From assembly GCA_002269645.1 (NCBI GenBank), contig NIVC01002926.1, positions 1 through 57,145 of the forward strand: a DNA stretch of 57,145 nucleotides. Reading direction: 5' to 3'. The translations under genes and the position numbers were made by a program. This document shows, one piece after another, positions 9,581 to 18,865 of this stretch (positions are counted from its first letter, which is position 1; each line of letters begins with the position of its first letter). Source of the DNA: Macrostomum lignano. Its lineage: Eukaryota. The notes below the pieces were generated by a model. The model worked only from the letters and a program-made list of their open reading frames with translations, did not search any database and was not told where the DNA came from.

Positions 9581-10231
9581 ATGCAACGCTCTGGTGGTAA
9601 GTTAGATTCACATGGACTGATAGAAAAGCTTCCTCATCCAAACAAAGGCTGGACACTTCCCGGCTATAAATATTGCGGGCCTTTGAATCCACTTGAAATA
9701 CAGTTAGATAAAAACAATAATCCACATCCTGGGCATGAGCCTGTGAACGAGCTAGACTCTGTCTGCATGTGGCACGATGTTAAATATAGAGATTTTCCTG
9801 AGGAGAAGAATCGCTGGGACAAAGAAATGCTTAAGAGACTAGACAATATAGGGGCTTCAAGCGGATTTCGTGAGTCGATTGCTCGGAAGCTAGTTAAAGC
9901 TGTTATTTTTAGTAAGGCAAAGTTGGGTTTGGGGGTTCAAGGCGAAGGTGGGTGTTTGGGGAGAGAGGGCGGGTGTGCGGAAAGAGAGGGCGGAGGCTTG
10001 GAAGCAGGGTTTATTTTGTGTGCTCCTAACAAGAAATTGGGAAGACTGCTGAAAGAGCTGGGGGTAGAGAGAGCGCGCGTGGGGGGGGGGAGAGAGATTT
10101 TCACTTTAACTGAGCCCAGCCGGGGAAGAATTCCGTCTCGAGTGAAGGCCAGAATGCAAAGGATTTCGGCCTCGCGCGAGGCCAAAATGAAAACGATTTT
10201 GGCCTTTCAGTTTTTTAACGCAATTGCTTAA
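9581..10231 (+). CDS. Parvovirus VP1-like phospholipase A2 domain protein (PLA2X-type)
   Basis: Ca-loop LPGYKYCGP, catalytic DSVCMWHDVKY, and D-KEML, followed by KAKLGLG. The Gly/Arg-rich tail after ~9930 may be read-through. Confidence 0.85.
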   Translation: MQRSGGKLDSHGLIEKLPHPNKGWTLPGYKYCGPLNPLEIQLDKNNNPHPGHEPVNELDSVCMWHDVKYRDFPEEKNRWDKEMLKRLDNIGASSGFRESIARKLVKAVIFSKAKLGLGVQGEGGCLGREGGCAEREGGGLEAGFILCAPNKKLGRLLKELGVERARVGGGREIFTLTEPSRGRIPSRVKARMQRISASREAKMKTILAFQFFNAIA

Positions 10232-10451
10232 TGATTTCTGCAAAGTTATAGTAGCTGTCGTAATCTTTTACATAGGTTACTCCATACTTATGAAACCAGT
10301 GTCTTTGGAGAGCTAGATTAATATTAGGGACATTGATATGAACGTCGGGCCAATATTTTTTCATGTATTCGCTGCATTCTAGTTTGCATCGGTACTTGGA
10401 TTTGTACAATGGATGAGTATAATAGGAACCTGGAGAGACAACTGGAAACAT
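10215..10451 (-). CDS. Small Tyr-rich terminal ORF of unknown function
   Basis: 78 aa with an AAAAAA-ATG start context like the other viral genes. It shares an upstream palindrome with pPolB. Confidence 0.55.
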   Translation of the reverse strand: MFPVVSPGSYYTHPLYKSKYRCKLECSEYMKKYWPDVHINVPNINLALQRHWFHKYGVTYVKDYDSYYNFAEIIKQLR

Positions 10452-10617
10452 TTTTTTATTAAGAATTTAATTTTTTTCAAAGGGTAAGGACCCTGGGTTA
10501 GGGGGTTTAAAGTCTTTGGGATCTGGTTTCGCCGCTTCGGATTGAATGTGGGGAGAATGCAGATTATTTTCTGATTGTTTCTGGGTGGATGTTAGTGGAT
10601 TATGTCAGTGTCAATGA

Positions 10618-10906
10618 GCATAACAGGTGTTAGTGGACACCTGTTATGCACTGATTCTGTCAGGGATAATATGGATGGATTTAATACGATTATGTTCGAA
10701 GTTTTCGGAGCAAGTGCGACCCCTCCACTTTTTCATGATTCTGTCGGGGATAATATGGATGGATTTAATGGGATTATGGAGGACGTTTTGTGAGCGAGTG
10801 CGACCCCCCTTTTTTTCTGATTCTGTCAGGGATAATATGGATGGATTTAGGTGGATTATGGAGGACGTGAAAAATTTTGTCCCAGAGCCCCCTCATGCCT
10901 TCTACT
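10618..10906. repeat. Probable right terminal (TIR) region: hairpin, 3 subterminal repeats and AGTAG end
   Basis: A 13-bp perfect stem at 10618-10649. Three copies of GATTCTGTC(A)GGGATAATATGGATGGATTTA at ~83-bp spacing. The end ...CCTTCTACT is at 10906. Confidence 0.65.
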
Positions 10907-11574
10907 CAAGGATGTGAAAGCAAACTGCTTAATCACAAGGATAAATTTTGAATTAAAGGAGGAAGGAAAGATTCCCCGAGTTGTAATCCAATATTGATTT
11001 GGCATATGATAGTTATTAATTAGGCAATATTGATTATCTGTAAATTTTGTGTACAGTAAAACAAAGGTTTCTGAGGTATTTTTCATTTTTCGTGAAATCT
11101 TTGTAAATATAAAGAATTTTACAATTAATAAAACATTCCAGACTTCTAATTAAAATTAAAACACTTGCTATTAAATTTTTTTATCAGAATCAGCTGATTA
11201 TTTATATTAATATAAAACTCACGTAGAGGTCAAATACTTTTTCAACTATACCTGTACACCTGTTTTTCGTTGTCAATGGGTGCACGAATTAAATGGTTGG
11301 AATCGAAGACGAAGATAGTAAGGAGTTAGAAGGTGCATCATTTGATCCAGATTCACTGAACAATTTGTTTGAAAATATTCTGATTACCCTATCGCAACTC
11401 ACTACTGAATCATCCGGGCCTGGCCCTGATCGTAACTCTAACGAAGAAAACCAAGATCAAAATCAAAGGAGGCGCACTCGACCAAATTCATCTCGCAGTC
11501 AATTTGACGCTTCAGACGATAATTCGTCATCTCGTCTAACTGATTCATTCTCATCAGCTAGTGTCAGCAGCAAA

Positions 11575-14500
11575 ATGACCATTTTGCCTAAAAAGAAGGC
11601 ACACAAGGAAAGAAATGAGCAACGCGAGCATCGCCATCATGCTCATGGTGCTTCCTCGTCTCAGGCTGCAGGTTATTCTGAATATCCTTCACCAGATTTT
11701 GGCCAAGAACCAGCCCGCATGCCACACCCTGAGATAGATCATCGCTCTGGAAACTTGTCTGATGTTATTCATGGGCATGGACATCATCACCCGAGTGGCT
11801 TTCAACCGCAGTCGCACAATTTTGCGGAATTGCCAAACGCCGAGGCCTACAGACAGCCATTTGGCGATAGGTCTGCCACATCAAGCTCTTCTATGAATGT
11901 TCGCCATGAAAGAAATGTTATAGGCTCCAGAAAAGAGAGGCCATCAGCTCAGTATGATTTGGAAAGTGGTTGTCATGCCAAAAAGAGGTGCTTGTCTCCT
12001 GGCTTTTCTGACAAAAATTTTCCACCTAGTCAGCAAGGTGCTTCTTGTGGGCTTCCTGCCCATCAAGGATTATATCAGTCATCTCATCCACAGGCCCTTC
12101 TGCCTGGCTCATCAGCTCAAGAAGACATTTGCAACTCTGATGATAATAATAGTGAAGATGAATACTATGGCAATATCACTAGGAAAACTATTGAGGTAAG
12201 CAATTAATTTAGTTTTTTTCATTTCAAGTTTTAAAGTATAGTATAGTTTTATTAAGTTTTATTAGTATATTCAACATTTTTTATTAGATAATTAGGCCTA
12301 GGCTAGGCCAATATAGAATTTTGAGATTTTTCAGATTTGATATTATAAAGAATACAATATAAGATTCAATTGCAACTTTAAGACTTTGGAATTTATTTAT
12401 TTTGAAACTTGCATAAAATCTAATAATAATAGGGTAGGGCCTAATATTAAAAAAAGTATTTGTTACACTCATTTGAATTTTCAAGTATTTATTTGAATTT
12501 ATTATTATAAGTGAGGCAATAAACAATAACTATAAAATGAAAAGCATTGTATTTAACCTCAAAAGTTAATGTCTATTGAGTAGAGGTCAGATAGGATTGA
12601 AATCTTCGGGCTGGATCGGGATTGGGAATAATTATTTTCTTGGGATTGGGATCGGGATTCAAGAATCGGGATCAGGTTTTTTAGTGTATTGTCCATGTAA
12701 AGTTAAACAAAATTGAAAAAAGATTGTCAAGATCAAAAAGTAAAACACAACAAAATTGATATGAAGTTTTGTAACCAACAAAGTAAATAATGTAACGAGT
12801 ACAAGTTGAAGCAAAATACCTTAAGTAATCACTAATTCTATAAATTTTTAATCAAAAGACCTATTTCCAAATCTTGAGTTTTAAGGGTCAGGATTCTGGT
12901 CCCATGGGAATTCAATTTTCTTCGGGATCCTGAGATTTCGAGATCGGGATCAGGATCCTGTCCGACCTCTACTATTAAATGTATTTTCTAATGATAAGAT
13001 TATATTAGTATTTGCAAAATCATAATAAGTCAACTTGTATATTATTTTACAATTGATTGCAATAATGTAATAGATTATAATATTAGCCTAGTTATTCTTA
13101 TCTAACAATCTGAAAAGAAAGAATAAAATTACAATTATATTTCTGGCTATGCATTTATTCCTTATTTTACTAATTTACATATTGTTACTTCCCTTTACAA
13201 AAATGTGTTTTTTATCTTGGATTCTTGTCACTTTTTAAAATTTAAATTAAATCACAAGTCACAATCTCAAACATCAGTTGTGAGATTGAAATATTGTCCA
13301 ACCTTAAAGGATGATAAGTTATCTTTATATAATATATATAAATATATATTCTACTTAGTACCTATTAGGTATACTTTTCCAAAAAAATCAAATTACAATA
13401 AAATAGAATGAATGTCAATAGTTTTTTCAATAAACAAAAAATTAGATTTAAACCTATGCTTTAGGCAAGTTAGGCCCATTTGTATTAAAAGTCTTTAATT
13501 TATCTATTATTAATATGTGATAGGCCTCTTTCTCCTGTCCTTACAAATATCCTATCACTGAGTTACCAGCTGTTGTAGGGTAGGCTACTTTCTAACTCCT
13601 ATTTTCTGGTTCCCAAAGCTGTTGTTGCAGGGTTAAACTTCTCTCTATTAATGTACTTTTGTATCAATGTTCTTATACTTATTGGTAATGTGACTACTTC
13701 TCTATTTACTTCTATATTGGTAGCATCTACTTATCTTATTGGTAGCATCTGTACATGTATTGTACTCTCTGGCCTGAGTGGTCTAATGGCATTGTCTACT
13801 CTATTTATTCCTATAAGTTTTCTCTCAGTCCTGGGCATTCCCTGGATCAGAGGGTCACAGCCTTGTGCATTTTCCCTGAGGCACTTTTCCTGCCCTGTGG
13901 CGATCTTACTACTCTATAGTGCTTTTCTGCCCTGAGGTGATTCTTGCTTTTAGTGGTTTCTGATACTCCCAACAAGGGGCTTAATACTATAGAAATGAAT
14001 AAGCCAAGTAAAAATGCTTAGGATTTTTTTTGAGTGGACTAATTGTCACGATCTTACTTGAGCAAGCGAGCAGTTGCTTTTCCTGGCCCATTCTGGGCTC
14101 CTATTTATACCAATCAGACAATGTATTTATAACAAACTTTTTAATTTTGTAGAATATTATTTGAGTGCACAGCACTTAAACAAAATTATTACTATTTGGC
14201 AGACATTTGAATACTATATTTTCTAAGAAAGAAAGTCATACATGTAGCAAAATATTCTATATTATAAAGGCTAGGTATACTACACTGTTTCAAATATATT
14301 TATAATCAATTTTCTTTTGATTTGGCTTGCTATGATAGCCTTTGAAAAAAATTCAAATTTGGAATTGACATAAAATGTAACCATAATTTTATCTAAGACT
14401 AAGACTATTTTGTCTAACAATAAAGCTACAATATCTTTAGGTCTTTTATTATTTAAAAAACATAAGATTTATCTAACATGATCTGGGAAATAACTATAAT

Positions 14501-17500
14501 TAAATCCAAACACATAAAAAATATTGAGCCCATCCAACTTTTAATCTCAAATGTACTATTTATGTGCTAAATTATTTTTTATGCTTTAGAATATTTTCTA
14601 ATATTTTTGACAACCTGTTCACTATATAATTTCTTTCTCACAGGATGAAGAAAAATTCGCCCAGATGATGGAAAAGAAAGGCTGGTGCATCAAGCAGATG
14701 GCCAGCGATGGCGCCTGCCTGTTCAGGGCTGTTGCGGACCAGATTTATGGTGACCAGGAAATGCATGACGAGGTGCGGCTCTGTGTATTTGCAGGGTACA
14801 TTCAAATATAGCGCTTATTAGCATGGGTAGCTTTCTAGTCAGCCTCCCAGATTCCCAGTTACTTAGCCAGCCTCCCAGATCCTCAGCTACTGGGCCAGCC
14901 TCCCAGATCCTCAGTTACTGGGCCAGCCTCCCAGATCCTCAGCTACTGGGCCAGCCTCCCAGATCCTCAGTTACTGGGCCAGCCTCCCAGATCCTCAGTT
15001 ACTGGGCCAGCCTCCCAGATCCTCAGCTGCTGGGCCAGCCTCCCAGATCCTCAGCTGCTGGGCCAGCCTCCCAGATCCTCAGCTACTGGGCCAGCCTCCC
15101 AGATCCTCAGTTACTGGGCCAGCCTCCCAGATCCTCAGTTACTGGGCCAGCCTCCCAGATCCTCAGCTGCTGGGCCAGCCTCCCAGATTCTCAGTTGCTG
15201 GGCCAGCTTCCCAGAGCCTCAGTTACTTGGCCAGCCTCCCAGATCCTCAGCTGCTGGGCCAGCCTCCCAGATTCTCAGTTGCTGGGCCAGCTTCCCAGAG
15301 CCTCAGTTACTTGGCCAGCCTCCCAGATCCTCAGCTGCTGGGCCAGCCTCCCAGATCCTCAGTTACTGGGCCAGCCTCCAAGATCCTCAGTTACTGGGCC
15401 AGCCTCCCAGATCCTCAGCTGCTGGGCCAGCCTCCCAGATCCTCAGCTGCTGGGCCAGCTTCCCAGAGCCTCAGTTTCTGGGCCAGCCTCCCAGATCCTC
15501 AGTTGCTGAGTCAGCCTCCCAGATCCTCAGCTGCTGGGCCAGCTTCCCAGAGCCTCAGTTACTGGGCCAGCCTCCCAGAGCCTCAGTTACTGGGCCAGCC
15601 TCCCAGATCCTCAGTTACTGTGCTACTGTGCCAGCCTCCCAGATCCTCAGCTCCTAAATGACCGCTTGTTAAGGGGCAAACAGTCTACTTAGGAAACCAA
15701 TGAATCGCAATGCATTCTCACAAAACAGGTCCGCACAAACTGCCTGAACTACATGAGCAAGAACGAGGAGCACTTCTCCCAGTACGTCACGGAGGACTTT
15801 GCCAAGTACATCGCTAGAAAGCGCAACGTGCATTGCCATGGCAACCATTTGGAGATTCAAGCTCTGGCCGAAGTCTATAACAGACCGATTGAAATCTACT
15901 ACTACGATATCGGTGCGAATTGTTTATGCTTTTTATTCATTTTCCTAGTTAAAATAATAAATCACTACGCGAGCATTGAGTCTAAAAACACTAAACAGTC
16001 GCTAGACATTGCCTTTGCAATTTAATCAGATTGTTTAGCGGCTGTTCAAAGTAACAATAACCAGGGATTCCCCTTCTTCAATGTACATCTGCTTGGTTTT
16101 CGTGCAATAAATAGGGGATTCCCTTTATTCAATGTATATCTGATTGGTTGACGTGCAATAAGCGGGATTCCCCTTATTCAATGTACATCTGAGTGATTCA
16201 AGGCGTACCATAAACAGGGATTCCCCTTATTCAATCTACATCTGATTGGTTGGCTTACTATAAACAGGGATTCCCCTTATTCAATGCACATCTGATTGGT
16301 TGGCTTAGAATACGCAGGGGATTTCCCTTATTCAATGTACATCTAATTGGTTGGCTTAGAATACGCAGGGGATTCCCCTTATTCAATGCACATCTGATTG
16401 GTTGGCTTAGAATACGCAGGGGATTCCCCTTATTCAATGAACATCTGATTGGTTGGCTTAGAATACGCAGGGGATTTCCCTTATTCAATGCACATCTGAT
16501 TGGTTGGCTTAGAATACGCAGGGGATTTCCCTTATTCAATGTACATCTGATTGGTTGGCTTAGAATACGCAGGGGATTTCCCTTATTCAATGTACATCTA
16601 ATTGGTTGGCTTAGAATACGCAGGGGATTCCCCTTATTCAATGCACATCCGATTGGTTGGCTTAGAATACGCAGGGGATTCCCCTTATTCAATGAACATC
16701 TGAGTGATTAAGGTACAATAAACAGGGATTCCCCTAATGCAATCTAAATCTGATTGGTGTGCCATTGCGTGATAATTAATCCGTATAATATTCGATCTTG
16801 TTAATTAATTAACCTACTCCGCAGAGCCTCGCAACGTGTTTCACGGCGAATACAAGACCGATTATCCGCCCATCCGGCTAAGCTATCACGGCAGCGTTCA
16901 CTACAATTCGATCAGGGAGCCGTACTCCGCCACTGTCGGCATCGGCCTCGGGCTGCCGGAGTTCGAACCCGGCCTGGCCGACAAGCAGCTGCTGTCTGAG
17001 GCGATCAAACGATCAGAAGAGAATCAAATTGAGGAGGCCATGCTGAAAGATAAAATGCGCGATACTGATTGGGATTTAATGCAGAGCCAGATTGAGAATC
17101 AGATTGCGGAGGAGAGCTACAAGGAATACGTGAATTCCCGGCTCGGAGGTTCGTGCTGCAGTTTTCATGTTTGTCCTGATCCGCAATAGATTTTGCTTTG
17201 TATTTCTGTCTGTCTATCTGTCGGTCTGTCTGTGTCTGTCCGTGCTGTCTGTCTGCCTGTCTGTGTCTGTCCGTGCTGTCTGTCTGCCTGTCTGTGTCTG
17301 TCCGTGCTGTCTGTCTGTGTCTGTCTGCCTGTCTGTCTATCTGTCGGTCTGTCTGTGTCTGTCCTTGCTGTCTGTCTGCCTGTCTGTGTCTGTCCGTGCT
17401 GTCTGCCTGTGTCTGTCTGTCTGTTTGCCTTTCTGCTTGTGTTTGTCTGCCTGTCTGTTTGTGTCTGTCTGTCTGCCCGTGTGCGTCTTGCGATGACTGT

Positions 17501-18153
17501 AAGCTGAATGTAAGACAGACAGACAGACAGACCCACAATTAAACAGACTAAAACGCTTTCAGGCAGACAGTCTAAGACAGTAATGAGTCATTGCTCAAAG
17601 GTACAAACCAAATTCAATTTCCATCCAACCATATAAAGGCTCGAATGCGTCATCCGCTGCCGCCTGCGGCGGAGGCGGTAGTGGGGTGGGCGTCGGAGGC
17701 GGCGGCTTCGCAGCCGGCACTGGCAGGCGAAGCCCCCGTTCGAAGCAGCAGCAGCACCAGCTGTTGCCCCTGTCGCCTCGGGGCTCCCCTCCGATCTCCG
17801 CTGCTGCCGTTGTCGGCTCTCCGCGAACTCCTCCGCCGCCAACTTCGATCGGCGCCTCCGCCGCCGCAGTTGTTGGCGACTTCGCCGATGCCGGATTGGC
17901 GGCCGCGGCGTCGACGGCGTCGGCGTCTCCCGCAGCTCGTTCATCGTCAACAATGCAAATGCCGGCGACGAATCTTGTTGACTACCTGCCAGCCGAGATG
18001 TCAGACTGGGACGAGAACGCCATACTGGCCAGGGCGCTGGCGGAGTCCACTCTGCACTATTATGAATCTATGCGGAGGGACAGCTCCGAGGGACAGGGCG
18101 CCGCCGCTTCTTCGTACGACTCTGGTCAGCCTGGCTGCTCTAAGCACAGCTAG
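11575..18153 (+). CDS. OTUD5: OTU domain-containing protein 5 (DUBA) deubiquitinase, 5 exons
   Basis: Exons 11575(or 11293)-12195, 14644-14772, 15729-15912, 16825-17148 and 17639-18153, all GT-AG with matching phases. Motifs: MTILPKKK N-terminus, [23 protein letters not shown] (catalytic Cys), [18 protein letters not shown] (His), and C-terminal [18 protein letters not shown]. Confidence 0.93.
12581..12971. mobile_element. Non-autonomous hAT-type DNA transposon (MITE) in OTUD5 intron 1
   Basis: TIR TAGAGGTCAGATAGGA / TCCTGTCCGACCTCTA (14/16). Multiple subterminal GGGAT(C/T) motifs at both ends. Degenerate 8-bp TSD CTATTGAG / CTATTAAA. Confidence 0.7.
14839..15652. repeat. 28-bp minisatellite (GGGCCAGCCTCCCAGATCCTCAGCTACT), OTUD5 intron 2
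   Basis: Read directly. Confidence 0.95.
16064..16740. repeat. 51-bp minisatellite containing CTGATTGGTT, OTUD5 intron 3
   Basis: The repeat translates with a 17-aa period ([17 protein letters not shown]). Confidence 0.95.
17203..17535. repeat. Degenerate (CTGT)n followed by a short inverted (GACA)n, OTUD5 intron 4
   Basis: Read directly. Confidence 0.9.
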
Positions 18154-18529
18154 AGCTCTGCTCTGATAATCGGGTGGAGATTTCTACTCAGCAGTAAGAG
18201 TTCATCATTATCATTCATTTATAGACAATGTGGCAACTTTTCTGACATTTATGCTTGTTTTCGTCTGGTCTGAATTAAACTGCTTAAAATAATTATTTAG
18301 GCTCTGAAAATTTGGGCTCGCTTAGTGGGTTAAAGCTTAGCTTAGCTGCTTGACATGAGTGACGTGATAGCTTAATTAAGTCAAGGACCCAATGGTTGTG
18401 GTAGCGTAGCTTATGTAGAGAACTTTAGGATTTTGTTAGCTTCAAAAGAGGATTTTTGGTAGCTTGAATAGAGGACTTTTAGTAACCTATATTGAACTTT
18501 TAATAGCTTCTAATAGCTGGTAGTCTGGT

Positions 18530-18865
18530 AACAGTGGACTTCTGGTAGCCTGAGTAGAGGACTTCTGGTAGCCTGAGTAGAGGACTTCTGGTAGCCTAAG
18601 TAGAGGACTTCTGGTAGCCTAAGTAGAGGACTTCTGGTAGCCTGAGTAGAGGACTTCTGGTAGCCTAAGTAGAGGACTTCTGGTAGCTTCAACTGAGCAC
18701 TGGTAGCCTAAGGAGAGGACTTTTAGTAGCCTAAATAGAGGACTTTTAGTAGCCTAAATAGAGGACTTCTGGTAGCCTAAGTAGAGGACTTCTGGTAGCC
18801 TAAGTAGAGGACTTCTGGTAGCCTAAGTGGAGGACTTCTGGTAGCTTAAATAGGGACTTCTGGTA
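18530..18865. repeat. 23-bp minisatellite TGGTAGCCTAAGTAGAGGACTTC
   Basis: Read directly; it lies downstream of the OTUD5 stop. Confidence 0.92.

Larger units (their letters stand above)
1..10906. mobile_element. Endogenous Polinton/Maverick (adintovirus-like) element, right portion; the left end and capsid genes lie outside the window
   Basis: Compact, intronless cluster of pPolB, rve integrase, adenain-like protease, FtsK/A32-like ATPase, PLA2 and pX-like ORFs with short AT-rich spacers. The right end reads 5'-AGTAG on the minus strand at 10906, after subterminal repeats. Confidence 0.93.

Noticed and set aside
14823-17542. Long repetitive ORFs in the OTUD5 region ([34 protein letters not shown])
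   Set aside because: They are translations of intronic mini/microsatellites, open on several frames, and lie inside GT-AG introns of OTUD5.
11293-18153. Idea that OTUD5 is a captured viral OTU gene belonging to the Polinton
   Set aside because: It lies outside the putative terminus, has spliceosomal introns, and has full cellular OTUD5 architecture including the UIM.
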